Shown here one piece after another: positions 14,548-28,670 of a stretch of 64,000 bases of DNA; position 1 is the stretch's first letter; each line of letters begins with the position of its first letter. The notes below the pieces were generated by a model. It was given only the letters and a program-made list of their open reading frames with translations. It did no database searches and had not been told where the DNA came from. Source of the stretch: the human T2T-CHM13v2.0 reference genome, Homo sapiens. The stretch lies in NCBI RefSeq assembly GCF_009914755.1, contig NC_060929.1; one strand, 5' to 3'. A program made the position numbers and the translations under genes.

Positions 14548-14599
14548 TTAAATCTTTTAAAAATATTTAAAAGACATAGACACTAAAAATAAAATTAGT

Positions 14600-14780
14600 T
14601 GAGTATTCTATTCCAGGTACTGTCTTAAGCACTAACTTAAACTGTCGTACACACTAACTTAAACTTCTTAACAACACCCTAAGAAAAAGGTATAATTATT
14701 CACATTTTACAGATGAGGACATTGAGGATCAGAGAGATTAAGAAACTTGTCCAACTCACCCAACCAGTACATGACTCTAG
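14600..14780 (-). mobile_element. MIR fragment
   Basis: Core cattttacagatgaggacattgaggatcagagagattaagaaacttgtcca. Confidence 0.75.
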
Positions 14781-15009
14781 GAAACATACTCCTTCTGCTT
14801 TGGTTTTTATGGAAAAAACATTATAGATGGAGGGGATGTTCAGGGCTCTGGAGCTTCAGTTAGAGAGGTCTGGGAGGAAGCCTGACCCTTGTGGGATCCA
14901 TTTTGGTCTAACAATACGATCATTCATGTTCCAAGCCAAAATTGTAGTAGGTAAAATATTTTTGTCTCTCGACTTCCAGATGTCTACCAGGTAAAGAGAA
15001 AATTCTTGA

Positions 15010-15430
15010 GCATGATCTAGAAGGTTCTGTCTAGTTCCCAGCTACAATTCTAGCCTGTCTCCTCTCTCACATGCCTGTAGTCTACCCACCCTAGACTAGC
15101 TTCTCATCCTCTGGGCTTGTGCCCCTACTGCTTCCCTTTGCTGGGTGTACCCCAAGTCTGCCTCATGCATTCCTACTCTCTTTTAAAAATCCAGCTTGGG
15201 TCATCTCCTCTGTAAGGATGTTCTACCCTTGCCCCCTCACTTCCCAGTCTGATAGACAGACTTAGTCACTGCTTTCATGCTCTCAAACCCCACTGCCTAT
15301 TTCTCTTAGCGATATCTTTGCATTGTATCACAATGTGTGTTTCAGTCTGATGCATCTTAAGATTTTTAAATGCTTCTGAAAATACAGTGCCTATCTTGGG
15401 TATGCCACCTAGTTTGGGCTTTAACCAAAT
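15010..15430 (+). mobile_element. LINE-2 3' fragment
   Basis: Pyrimidine-rich L2-like segment (cctactctcttttaaaaatccagctt...tcatctcctctgtaagg). Confidence 0.5.
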
Positions 15431-16245
15431 GTTTCTAGACTCTACAAGAGTGCACAATCCTTCAGTTAATAGGGTAGCTCTGGAGGAAAAAAATGTGCAT
15501 GATCCTCAGACAAAGCACATGTTATTTGTATCTTCAATAACAGGTGCTTTGCCAATTAGCACAGTTCATGTCAGAATTGTTTCTTACAGGTGAAATTAGT
15601 GGCATGTTGATTAACATGATGAAAGTTAGAAATGGGATCTGTTTGGTGAATATAAAGATAAGTAGACTAGTTAAAAGAGCTTAGAGACTCTCCACTCTTG
15701 CATGAATAAAATATCCAGCACTCTTAGAATGATGCCTTTACCTGGTCTTGGGCCTAGCCATAAACTGTGGGAGATTCTGGTTGCTCAATGCTGGCTAAAC
15801 TGGCAGCATTATTCTGCCTCTGGAATCCCAGAAATTGTCTTAGAGAACTTTGCAAGGAAGATTATATGAACCACTTTTTTGCTTGCTCACTAACAAATAT
15901 TTAGTTAACAAGCGTCTGTGTATGCAGCAGAATTTGGCCAGTGGCTTGCTTTGTTCATGATTGTGTAACATTTGTGGAGAAGAATAGCTAGCAGTTCTGA
16001 CTTAACAACTCCTAGGTTGCAATCATCCGCACATGACCTATCTGGCTCGGGTCAGTTTTCAACACCCACTCACTGGAGTGTGTCCATACTGCTTCCCTAT
16101 TTTCCAGGTGGTTCTTATCTATTTAATAACAACTTACTTCTTCAGGAGAAATAGACTATTGCATTATTACATTAACTATTCACTCTGATTGTAAAACCAC
16201 ATCCCAATTTCAAAAGTATTAAAAGATTAAAGAAATGTGCATCTT

Positions 16246-16537
16246 GGCCAGGCACGGTGGCTCACACCTGTAATCCCATCACTTTGGGTGGCTGAGGCAG
16301 GTGGATCACCTGAGGTCAGGAGTTCGAGACTGGCCAATATGGTGAAACCCTGTGTCTACTAAAAATACAAAAAATTAGCCAGGCGAAGTGGCAGGCGCCT
16401 GTAATCTCAGCTACTAGGGAGGCTGAGGCACGAGAATCTCTTGAATCCAGGAGGCCGATATGGCAGTAAGCCAAGATCATGCCACTGCACTCCAGCCTGG
16501 ATGACAGAGCAAGACTCCATCTCAAAAAAGAAAAAAA
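16246..16537 (+). mobile_element. AluSx-like
   Basis: Dimer with a small internal deletion; TSD aaatgtgcatctt 16233-16245 / 16538-16550. Confidence 0.95.
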
Positions 16538-17461
16538 AAATGTGCATCTTAGAATAAAAGCAAACACAATGTCAGATCTCCCTTCATAACTTGCCTGTGT
16601 TTTAACCAGGTGCTCACTGCCTAAACTCAGATGCAAGGTAACTGTGGGGTTTCTTTTCCTGTGCTGGGACAAGCCAATGGGAGATATTTGGGGACAGGGA
16701 AGTCTCTCCAGGGCCCCTGCAATCACATCAAGCTGGTTTTTATCTCTGAGTCACAGACTTAACTTTCTTCCCCTAGTTCCTTCGACATGAAGGAGGTCTC
16801 TTGATTTTGAGATATAAACACTGAGGCAATGAATGAGAGTAAACAACTTCGTCAAAGGCCCCTTCAAAGAAAGTCAGTGGTAAAGCAAAACACACCAGCA
16901 GTGTTCCAACTCTCAGTTAATTCACCAGTGAAGCCGCAAGGCCTCTCCTTTCCATGGGCTCCAGCATAAAGCATTTTGACAGATGAATTCCTGACCTGAA
17001 CAATTCCTTGCCTTTAAAATTCATAAAAGCATAGCAGAACAGAACAGAACAGAATATTGAGTGCAAATAAACCTGTCCACTAGTAGTTCTTATAGCTCCT
17101 GTTTGGTTCCACAGGAAAACAACAAGTGAAAACATGCTTTTTACTACTCTATAGAAAATATTTCCTTAGAAAGCAAGGTAGAAATGGTGTACTTCCCCCT
17201 CCCAAGTAAAACTTCTCAAAATTTTCAGTTTTCAGATTCTCCTTGTCTGTCAGTGGCATTACTAAAGATGTCCTGTGTTCAACAGAGAATTGAAATAGAC
17301 TGTGGGAGGGATGGAGAGAGGCGTGCTAAAGAGACAGAAAATATGGTTTTGACCCTCAAGAAACACAAGTTGTAGATTAGGAGATACACCACAAAGAAGA
17401 TAATTATAGCACTGAGTGAAGTTCTGGAAAGGATTTGTTCATGTCTCTGTTGATGAATCTC

Positions 17462-17613
17462 TCTTTTTTCCCCTCTCTCTTTTTCTTTTTTTTAAAATAG
17501 AGACAGATGTCTCGCTATGTTGCCCAGCCTGGTCTCCAACTCCTGGCTTCAAGCAATTCCTCCTGCCTCGGCCTCTCCAAGTGCTGGGATTACAGGAATT
17601 AGCCACCATGCTC
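17462..17613 (-). mobile_element. FLAM-like Alu monomer
   Basis: CT-rich tail plus a single left arm. Confidence 0.85.
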
Positions 17614-17746
17614 ATTCTCCATTGACTAATCTGTTAATAGTCCTATCTTTGGGTAAGGTCAACCATGGAGAAAATGCTGGAAGAGGTAAGGTCTAAATTG
17701 GGGGATGCGAGGATTATGATGGAGGAAGGGGAACAGCATTCCAGGG

Positions 17747-18119
17747 TGACATAGTTTGGTTGTGTCCCCATCCAAATCTCATCTTGAATTGTAGTTTCCA
17801 TAATCCCCACATGTCATGGGAGGGACCCAGTAGGAGGTAATTGAATCACAGGGGCCATTACCCACATGCTGCTGTTCTCATGATAGTGAGTTCTCATGAG
17901 ATCTGATGGTTTTGCAAGGCTTTTCCCCCTTTGCTTGGCACTTCTCTCGCCTGCCGCCATGTGAAGAAGGATGTGTTTGCTTCCCCTTCTGCTATGATTG
18001 TAAGTTTCTTGAGGCCTCCCAGGCCATGCGAAACTGTGAGTCAATTAAACCTCTGTCTTTTACAAATGACCCAGGCTTGGGCAGTCCTTTATAGCAGTGT
18101 GAGAATGGACCAATATACA
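17747..18119 (+). mobile_element. THE1-type MaLR solo LTR
   Basis: tgacatagtttggttgtgtccccatccaaatctcatcttgaattgtag ... gagtcaattaaacctc ... gagaatggaccaatataca; ~370 bp. Confidence 0.9.
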
Positions 18120-18179
18120 GAGTTAGTATTCCAGAGTAAGGTGAAGTTTCACAAAGGTAGAAATAAGCAGATCAAATCC

Positions 18180-18375
18180 CAGCAGAGTCCCAGGTCATGG
18201 TCTTTGGGTTCACTTAGACCTTGCCATCCTTCACCACTTTCCAGTTGTGTCATGCTAGACCACTTCTAGCCTGTCTCCTTGGCTACAAAAATGGGATCAT
18301 TAGATCTGCCTCATAGCATTCCTGTGAGAATGAAATAAAATAACATGCGATGTTAGAGTAGATGTTAAATAAATG
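18180..18375 (+). mobile_element. MIR fragment
   Basis: ctacaaaaatgggatcatta...ctgcctcatagcattcctgtgagaatgaaat. Confidence 0.6.
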
Positions 18376-18970
18376 TGCAGTTTTCCTTTGGAGTAGAAAG
18401 TTACTAAATGAAACTGGTGAGAGAAGGGGTTGAGGTTACTGGCAAAAGGAAAGGGAACCCCAAATGTTTAAACTTTGTATTGCTTCCTGGAAGACTAAAT
18501 TAACATCTCCATATGGAAGCTTTTAGGATTAAAATACACCAGACAGGACAACTCAGTTATAATTTAAAGTGTGTGCTAAAAAAAATCAATAAGTAAAAAG
18601 ATATACATCTCCGTAGTTAATAAAGGAGACAAGTTTTATACCCCCTGTTCTATAAGCAAAGCATAAGCATAATAAATTCGAGTTTAATATCTGAAAAGTA
18701 GAAAAAAAAAGGAAACCTTTTTAACTCTAAAAAAGCAAAACAAAACAAACCATATGAAATTGCTGACCATGGTGTAGGTAGTAATATTGAGCAGTAAAAA
18801 TAATTAGGCATAGACAGGTTTCCATTAATAAGCTGACACTGACACTGTGGTGTCAAAGATTCTAAGATATAAGTATAATCAGAAAGCAGAGGTGAAAGGA
18901 AGGCCCCCGCTCCAAAGAAAATAAAAGTTATTGTTTAAGTTAGCAATTTCAGATGACAGATGGTGCATTA

Positions 18971-19271
<301 letters not shown>

Positions 19272-19385
19272 TCAGTCGTACAAACGTAAAAACCTCTCAT
19301 TTGACGTGTACTTTATGCGTTAGGGCACAATACACTTTGAATACACTATCTATGATTCTTTTTCTAGGTGGAGAGGAGAAGAAAG

Positions 19386-19841
19386 TGCAAACCAAAAAGT
19401 GACTGAGGCAGATCTCAATGAATTAGAAGTTTATTTTGCCAAGGCTGAGAAAGCACCCAGGAAAAACAAACACAGCTCATAGTAGAATTTGTGACCTGTG
19501 CTTTTTCCAAAGAGAGTTTTGGGAACTTTGGTATTTAAAAGGGAAAGAGCAAGCAGGAGGGAAGAGAAAAAAGTAAGCAACAAGGCAAGTGGTTACATTC
19601 TTGTGAGGTTCTGGTTAGTGCTTGGTAAATCTACATTTTACACATGAGTAGAGAAAAGTCAATTATGCATTCATCTGGGGCCCAGTAAATCTACATTTTA
19701 CATCAGCTAAAGTAAGCATGTGAAATTACAGCTATTTGTTTGGGAACAAACGGAAGGCGGTTTTTATGTGACTCATTTGCCAAGCTTAACTTTCTCTGGC
19801 ATAGTGAGTTTGGGGTCCTGGGATTCTACTTTCCTTTAACA
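19386..19841 (-). mobile_element. MER4-family ERV1 solo LTR
   Basis: Reverse complement starts tgttaaaggaaagtagaatcccaggaccccaaactcactatgccagagaaagttaagcttgg, as in MER4. Confidence 0.82.
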
Positions 19842-20423
19842 ATGGTTTTGTCCTTCAGTTTTTCACCTCTGTTTTATAAAGAGCTCTGTCAGTTAAGGAA
19901 GCAGATGTCACAGGCAAACTGGCATGATTTTGCAAGGGTTTATTTACAGAGTGACTCCTTGTGGAGCTGTGGACATACAGGAGGCATAAGAGATGGTGCA
20001 TTATCCCAGGGCAAATATCAGCAGAGCTGCTGTCATCCCTGGGTCTGGAGCTTTGGGGAAGGAAGCAGCTACCAGAACCTGGAAGGAGAGTCACATAGAG
20101 GAGGCTGCCTTGAGAGAAGATGTCATCTTCAACTGGGGGATGCAGTCAGCCTGAGGTAATCTGTTAGAGAGGTGTCAGTTGAGTGAATATGCTGAGGTCA
20201 CTGTCAACTTCCTTCTGTTTCTCTGCACGGCCTCCCACTTGCCAAACCCAGCCAGAAGGCAGAGAGTATTGGAGCCCATTGATGTAGCCCATCCTGCCTT
20301 CAGGCAGACAGCAGATCTGTAGGGGACCACAGAAAATATCTGACATAAGAATGAGAGGTGACACAAGAACAGAGGCGTTGCCGTGGAGGAGGAGCCAGAC
20401 AGGAAAAGAACTAGAATTTGGCT

Positions 20424-20777
20424 GGTACATTGGTTGGGCAGAGTAGCCATAACAAAATACCATAGACTGGGTGGCTTAACAGAAATGTATTTCTCACAGC
20501 TCTGGAAGCTGGAAGTCCAAGATCAAGGAGTTGGCCAACTTGGTTTCTTGGGAGTCTTCCCTCTTGGCTGGCAGGTGGCCACCTCACTGTGTCCTCACAT
20601 GTTTTTCTTCTCTGTGCACATGCATTGCTGGTGTCTCTTCTTTTAACAGCAGTCATATTGGATTAGGGCCCCACTCCTCTTTTACCTCATTTAACCTTAA
20701 TTACCTCTTTAAAGGTCCTTTCTCCAAATCCATTCACATTAGGGGTTAGGAAGGGGAACACAGTTCAGTCCATAACA
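20424..20777 (-). mobile_element. MLT1A/B-type MaLR LTR
   Basis: gccataacaaaataccatagactgggtggctta ... ggaagtccaagatcaagg ... cacagttcagtccataaca. Confidence 0.85.
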
Positions 20778-21934
20778 GTTGGCGATAAGGTTTACACCCC
20801 CAGTAAATCCTTTATGGTTGCTATGAGTATGAATTAGAGTAGCCCATGGAACTCCCAAAGTCTCTCATTCTGGTGTGACTGTTCATCACACTAACCTCCT
20901 TTTTCTGGTATTGGATGTCCACTTCTAACCCTCTGGCCACAGGCACTCTGACCTGGGTTATTGATTTCCAGGTGCTAACTCAGAGAACTTCATTCTAGTC
21001 TAGCATTTCATTCAGTCCTATGAGTAACTTTGCGTTCTTGCCAGCATTGTGAATCAACAATCTCCCTTTTTACTAAGTCTATTTAGTAAAATTTGAGTTG
21101 GGTTCTTGCCAACTTGTGTCCCCAAGTCCTGACTAGTCCTGACCAGGGATAAAGGGCACTTATTTGTGAGAATTTTGTTCTAGTAGCAGGAAAAATTAGA
21201 AATGTCATTCTTAAGATTTGAGGCTAGTTTTCTAAAATAGCAACAGCTTATCCCTTCCCCTAGCAGATAGGTCTACCCCTTCAAGGAATCTACAGAGCCA
21301 GGGAGGAGACACAACATCCCTGTTTAGTGACCACTGCAGCCAGTGGTGATGTTTCTCAACAGGGACCTTTAGAAAGATATCAAGCACAACAACGTTACTG
21401 TTCACATTCAGAAAAACGAGAAAGTGCAATGAAAGGGCATTCACAGATCACTCAGGTATCAGAGAAGGGTTAAAGATAGACCCCTCTGGCTGCTCATTTA
21501 GCCACACTCCTTGTTCTTGATGAGATGGGTGGGTTGAAGCCAGGATGCCCTGGAGACAAAAGCAGCCTAGTCAACCCTCCAATAAAACGCCCTGAATATG
21601 TTGTCTCAGAGGCTGTAGACAGCCACTGTGCTAAATTATTCACCCTGACTTTTACTGGATACCTTCCTCCCATTTCAATTACTTGAGATTTTTATAGAAA
21701 ATTGGCTGTGGGAATTTGACCGCTCCAACTGCCTGGTAATAATCCGGTCTGAATAGTAAACTCAGCATGGGCTGATTCTGGGACGAACCAGAGCATTCTC
21801 AAAAGAATTCGAGGAGAGCTGCCTTTGGCTGCAAAGAAAACTAGGAATCTGTTTATACAAAATGATGCTATTTATTTGTGAGAATATTTTGCTATTTACA
21901 TAGTAGGAGGAAAATGTTAGAAATGCCACCCTTA

Positions 21935-22271
<337 letters not shown>

Positions 22272-22332
22272 CTAGCCCTTTCATAAATGCTTTGACCACT
22301 GTAGGGCTCTGCAAATGCTTTTAAACATCTGT

Positions 22333-22412
22333 ATTAGAATATAAACATAATATATAATAAATATAAATATATATAAGTATATATATTAAATAAATATATA
22401 AATATAATATAA
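22333..22412. repeat. AT-rich low-complexity tract
   Basis: atataaatatatataag-type degenerate repeats. Confidence 0.85.
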
Positions 22413-22449
22413 AGAAATCTTGACACATTCACACACCTGTTAGCTAAAA

Positions 22450-22650
22450 GCTTGGCCAGGTGCTTATTCTGTGCCAGGTACTGTGGTCTATTTACATCTA
22501 TTAATTTATCTAATGTTAACAAGAAGCCAATTCGTAATGATGGTGTTATCCCCATTTTGCAAACAAGGAAGCTGAGACTCTAAGATTAAGTGACATGGTG
22601 AATTTAACACAATCTCTAAGTGGTGGTTTGATTTCAGACTCTGGTTTGTC
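22450..22650 (-). mobile_element. MIR
   Basis: tgtgccaggtactgtg...ttatccccattttgcaaacaaggaagctgagactc. Confidence 0.75.
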
Positions 22651-24934
22651 ATTGCAAGCTAAAATACTTCAAAGTTAGAAATGTTTGAAGCAGAAAAGAA
22701 TAAATATCAAATTCTTTAATTAGTTTTCTTACACTCCATAGTTAATGCAAATCATTTCTTGAGTGTTCTTTCATTCATATCAATAGTGCTTATAAATACA
22801 ATAAAAATCATTTTGGATCCCCTTTCAAACACATGACATTATGTTTTAGATTGTGGGCTCAGTCTCTGTAGTGATAATCTGCTTACGTGAGAACTGGAGG
22901 GTGTCTAAGTTTGAGGGCCAAGACAGATGGCCAGAGGGGTGGCAAGACTCACCCTGAGGGCAGAGAGAGTCATTAGCACAAACTTGGTTTGAGAATAGGA
23001 GGCAGCATGAGAAGAGAGTTCAATTAGAGCTTTCAGGCTTTGCTCTTTTTCTGAATCCTCCAGAACATGTGCCAGAGCACCAGGGAGATGAACTAGTAAA
23101 ACTCAAAGAGCCAGGAGCCTTTTCACGAGTGTCTTCAAGAGCTCAATGGCAGGAGGCAGTGTAGCCCAGCATTGCAGCACTTCAGTGTGGGGACTGCCTG
23201 AGCACAGGCCACAGAGGGCTGCATGGCTCTGAAACAGGGCAAGGTGGATGGATCAGACCAGCCTAGATCCAGCATAGAGAGGTAGCAGTCTCCAAGCAGA
23301 AGGGAGGGAACTAACAGGTACCACATTACAGCTACAAGAACTTACCAGAGGAGTGATGTTCTCTATTCACAGCCAAGTCTTCTCCATTCCCACACTCGGT
23401 TAATCTACCCAGGAGCTTATGTAACTACTTGGGATAATTTTGAGGGAGCTAGACTTCCCCAAAATGCATGGGGTGCATGGGTTGGAGCTAGATAAATACT
23501 GTCCTATTGCCATTAGTGAGATTGTGATGGTCTAGGCATTTTTGAAGGGAGAAATATGTAAAGAAAGACAAGCCTCTTACTGAACAGGTGGACTCTCATT
23601 GCCTTCACTCTTCAGCAGGCTCATTAGATGCATCACTCTTCCCTATGGCTTCAGCATGTAGAACTTTCTCCAACTTTGAGGTATAGAAACAGAATAGAAT
23701 TCACTTAACCTCAGTTACGAGTAAGCATATCTTTTAAAGTGTGCTCAGTTCATTATAAATAAATGTAGTTATTAACAATCTCAAGGTTTATGGAAGGATT
23801 ACAGCTATCCAGTAGCGCATTGAGCAGCTATTTATCTGAAAGCACATACTGACTGAATCCATCAACGTCCCATTCAGCATCTTAAGAGATCAAACTGCCT
23901 GGAAAAATAACTTAATCAATCAATTGCATACTATATAGTATCAATCATATACCACACTATGCAGTAACTGCACAAAATAATGTATTCTCAATGGTGCTTA
24001 GTAATAGTATCATGATGTTGAATTCTCCTGGTATTCAAGTTCTCACCACTTTATGACTTTTCATCATGGGCAGTTAGCAGGGGTTTGGGCTCCAGGGGTT
24101 TTCATTAGCAAGCCACAGTCTCCTTAGTACTTGGCTTTCACTCTTTCTAGTGATCAGATATTTTACAGGGATTTTACTTTTCCTGATGTATTTACCATGA
24201 GCCAGGTATAGTAAATGAAGATACAGAAGTGAGCAAAAGCAGGACAATGCAGTCCTCCATGTAACATATCTTGGAGCACCTGAAGCAATTCAGAACTTAC
24301 AAGTATCGTATTTTAGTACTTCAGGGATATTTTGGAAGACAGATTTTAATCAAGACTGCAAAGCCAACGTTTCAAAATTGAACTGCACATTCATGATACC
24401 GTGGCAAAAGGTTCATGGATATTTCAGCTGCTTCTTAGGTTGTTCAATTTCCTGTTCAATCGGGAAGGGAAATAAAGTATCCCTTTTAATAGAGTATGTC
24501 AAAGCTAATATAATGATGGAAGCTAGGCATCCAGAGCAGACAGGTCTAAAGCAATAGAAAAGTTCCACTCAAACTCAGTCTCCAGCAGTTTCTGTCTCAG
24601 GGAGTGAATGGAGGGTAAACAGCTGTCAGCGCTGTGCCAGCGTCCCCCAAACCCCGTAAAATGTGGTTTTGCAAAGTTTCTTGGAAGCCAGGTCGGTACA
24701 AATCTATTCCTGTTGCAATCATATGAAAGTTTACATTTTTTTCCCTCCATGGCTAGGATGTCAGAAGAGTGAGCAATTTCCTTTTATATTTTGAAACTTA
24801 TATATTCAGTTAAAAGAGCTTAAGTGGGATGTTATAATGAATATGTGTTTTCGAGTACCAGAATTCCCTTGGGGCTATGATTTCCCCATTCTCAGGCCAT
24901 AGTGTGTATGAGGGGAAGGGGGAAAGAGACAGTA

Positions 24935-25480
24935 GTATTCATTTTCTATTGTGTATAACAAATCACCTCCAAAACATAGTGGATTAAACAACAAACACTA
25001 TCTCACAACTTCTGTGGGTCAGAATTCTGCGGGTCCGGCCTTGCTGTACACCTTTGCTTCAAGATGTGTCACAAGACTGCAATCAAGTTGTCAGCCAGGG
25101 CTGTAATCATCTCCAGACTCAACTAGAGGCAGGCAGATCTGCTTCTAAGCTCGCTCGTATGGCTGTTGGCAGCCCTTATGTCCTTGTTGGATCTTGGACA
25201 CAGCTATCAGTTTTGTGCCACTTGGATTTTTCCAAAGGGTAGTTCACAACATGGCAACTGGCTTCCCTCAGAGTGAAGGCTCTGAGGGAAAGAGAGACAG
25301 GGTGGGCAAGGCAGAAGTCACACTCTTTTTGTAACCTAATCTCAGAGGGTGGCATCCCATTGCTTTTGCTGTATTCTATTTATTAGAAATGAGTCCAGCC
25401 CATACTCAGAAGAGAAGAGTACACAAGGGCATGGAGACTAGGAGACAGGAACCAACGGAGGCCATCTTGGAGGCTGTCTA
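24935..25480 (-). mobile_element. MLT1 (F/G/H-like) MaLR LTR
   Basis: aaacatagtggattaaacaacaaac...tctcacaacttctgtgggtcagaa ... ggccatcttggaggctgtcta. Confidence 0.75.
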
Positions 25481-25499
25481 GGGGAAATCATCTGGAATA

Positions 25500-25910
25500 T
25501 TCCATTTCTCTGACTGCAGTCATTGGCTCATGGATAGGCACATGATCCAAACCTGGCCAACGAGACTTCACCCTGGAACTTTGGCTGAAACTCTTGGGAA
25601 AGAAATCTCTTTTTACTACAGTTTGTATGATATAAGCATGGAGCCTCAGTGGCCAACTCTGTCACCATCTGGAAAAAGCACCTTGAAAATAAGAGCAACA
25701 TAGAGGAAAATATGACCAAAAGATGAAAATGAAATATTGCTAGTGCCGTTGTTTGAACAACTTGATCCAGATATATCTAGAGCCAGGCCTATCCCTAGAT
25801 TTTTCTGTTGCATGATCCAATAAAAAAGACTTCTCTTTTTGGCTTAAGCTAACTTAAGCTACCTTAAGCTGGGCTTATTTCACTTACTTCTGAAAGACAT
25901 CTGATATACA
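25500..25910 (+). mobile_element. Old MLT1 (J/K-like) LTR fragment
   Basis: cattggctcatggataggcacatgatccaaacctggccaa ... ttttggcttaagc..., with a short (cttaagct) tandem at ~25843-25870. Confidence 0.55.
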
Positions 25911-26068
25911 GATACAGTATAATAAAGATATGTCATTACCTTTTAAAAATTTCTGTCTAGTAAAAAAGAATCAGCAAGAACTTTGGTGTGATTGGAGTGA
26001 TGATAGAAAAATGACTTCTTAGGATTGTAGTAAACTATTTATTCACTCTGTACCCTAAATATGAGATA

Positions 26069-26209
26069 ATTTCTTTTCTTCTTCTTTTTTTTTGAAAGAC
26101 AGGGTTTTGTTATGTTGCCTAGGCCGGTCTCAAACTCCTGGGCTCAAGTGGTCCTCCCACCTTGGCTCCCAGAGTGCTAGGATTACAGGCATGAGCCACT
26201 GCACACAGC
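26069..26209 (-). mobile_element. FLAM_C-like Alu monomer
   Basis: T-tail plus left arm. Confidence 0.88.
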
Positions 26210-26350
26210 AAAGAGAATTTCAGTTCGCTTGTCCTAAGTCCTTGTCTCATTGTAACACCAGGTAGAGCAGCTCTCTGCTTTGCTTCTGATGCTTAGCTGG
26301 CTGTTTGTGTCTGGATGAACTTTGGTTTGGAAGGTAATTTTACCAGAAAT

Positions 26351-26549
26351 TAGTGTTTCTCAACCAGGGATAATTTTGCAATGTCTAGAGACATATTTGG
26401 TTGTCACATCAGAGCAGGAAGTGTGCTACCGTCATCTAATAGGTAGAGGCCAGGTAACCCTCTACACATCCTAAAATGTGCAGAACAGCCCTGACAACAA
26501 ATAATTCTCCAGTCCAAAATGTCAGTAGTGCTAAGGTTCACAACTGCAG
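26351..26549. mobile_element. MER20 hAT-Charlie fossil
   Basis: gtttctcaaccaggg...ttggttgtcaca...gtagaggccagg...catcctaaaatgtgcagaacagccc...aaaatgtcagtagtgctaaggtt. Confidence 0.88.
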
Positions 26550-27375
26550 CTCTAAATTATCTGTGGGTAAGATAGCAAACTACAGTGGGAGGTTGTGTTC
26601 ACTTGTTTATGGTTAACTAGTAATATAAAGAGGTCCAAGCTTGAACATGCATGTAGAACATGTTGCTTGGAGGAGAATCTGTTGTCATTCTGCTTCATAT
26701 GGTGGGCCCTAAGGCTTGGAAGATGGCACAACAGAGAATGGGTTCTTAACGTTTTTCAATAGCTGTTCACTGATGGATTCCTCTGACATATATTCATTCA
26801 TGCTGTCTGTTGTGTTCTCATAGAGCAATGTCCATTTCAGGATGATCTGGTGTGCTAAGAAAAATAAAAGATTTAGGATCCCCTTGATGGGATCTAGTTC
26901 TATACCATGCTCACAAATAAAAATTAACATCTACATCCTGATTTTAACAATGAGGGACTTTTGTTGTAGCTGAAAAGCAGAGCAATTAATATTTTAATCT
27001 GACATTAAGATCTGAATGGAAAAACTGGGAATGAAAAATATAATCGTACTCTTCCTATTAGCAGGAAATTTAATTTTTGCATGATCTGATGGTGTTTAGC
27101 TTCTCTAATGCTTCCTCTTACCCTTTCCTGGGGATATGTTTTGAGGCCCATCCAGTATTGCTGTTAATGGAAACATGTTATTTCATTTGTTTATTCACGT
27201 ATTTAATACACATTTGCATATTCCCCTGGAATGCCTAGCTCATAGTGAGTATTCAATACTCTTTACACTGTTCTTTGTTATAAAAGATTCTCCAATCTTC
27301 AAAAACAGGTTCATAAGTTGGGGCCCTCCTGGGGTCTGAGGGCTTGGGAGGGTTAAGGTTTGTTATTGAAGATCC

Positions 27376-27603
27376 CAGGGCTGCCTCACATGGTGGCTAA
27401 AGCTGTGTCAAGCAGGAGGGAGCACGTGGGGGGACCAGTGGCAGGGGTGCAGATTCCAGCCCATGCTCCCATTTCCAAGCTGTGTGCTTGACCTGGGGCT
27501 GAGTTCACCAAAGATCCTGACCACTGGCCAAGCCATGCTCCCTAGGGGACTACATCCCTCTATAAGGGTGCCCTGCCTTCAGTGGAGGCTAGTGGAGGCC
27601 CTG
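27376..27603. mobile_element. MER91-like hAT-Tip100 fossil
   Basis: Termini cagggctgcc / ggaggccctg; internal gattccagcccatgctcc...ccaagctgtgtgc. Confidence 0.5.
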
Positions 27604-28109
27604 TAAGGATGAGAACCCATAACTAAACACCCATTGGCTATTTGGCAAAGACTTTTCAACATGTGTGCAGGTGTTCTTGAGCTCCTGGAGCCTTATTGCA
27701 GATTTCCATTACCCACGCCTACATCTGGGTTCATAGGCAGTATAATTATCATTGCAGCGAGACCCTATTAAGTCCTACTTCCCAACCAGGAAAAGATGGC
27801 AGGTACTTAATAGGACCTGACACACACCCAGAGACAAATTAGTTGGGCACTGTGCTGAGAGCAGGCACCTGTGTCTTCCACTTGAGGCCCAGGATGTCTT
27901 TAGGTTTTACTGCAGGATAATCATTTGGAAGTAGAACTGGGATGTTATGCTTCACCTCCTGCAGTTAATGATTAGCTAAGCCACTTAACCAGGAAGGTCA
28001 GTGAAAGGGAACCACTTTGAATCAAAAGGTGAGGTCTGAGAGGTCATCTGCAGTGACCCAGATCCAAGAAATGAAGCAGAGAGGCTGTTCCAAGCCCACT
28101 GCACTATTC

Positions 28110-28670
28110 TTCTCCCTCCTGGGTTTCCCTTCTCAGTGAGTAGCACCACCATTCTCCCCAGTATTCAAGTTGGAGACCTGGCTGTCACTCTGGCCTCCGT
28201 CTTTCACTCCCAGCTGGAAGAGTGACTGGATTCTGTCTATGCCTCTTTAGTGCCTCCTTCATCACCCCCACCTCTTCACCCTCAGAACCTCACCACCTCA
28301 GTCCATTGGTCACCATCTGTCATCTGACCTATTACAATGGGGTGTGTCCCCACCTCTAGTCCCCTCTCCAGGCAGCTGCCCCCAGGAAGGTGAAAACACA
28401 AATCTGATCATCCATTTCCTGGCAGGGACAGTGCCTATGACTTGGCCTCCACCCAATCTTCCTATCTCATCTCTCTTGAGCCCCTAGCTCCTGGAGTCTG
28501 GCCTGGGAAACACCTTGCAATGTTCTGGATTAACCAGGCCGCCTCATGGCTCTGCACTTTAACCCGTGCTGCAGCTTTGGCCTTAGCCTCCTTTCTGCCT
28601 GTCCTTCTGATGAGCATCTAGCTTCTCAACCATGCAAGTCTACTCCTGTGTCTCCCCCTCGAGAAAACCC
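28110..28670 (+). mobile_element. LINE-2 fragment
   Basis: ctcagtgagtagcaccaccattctcccca, ggtcaccatctgtcatctgacctattacaat, aaacacaaatctgatcat. Confidence 0.7.
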
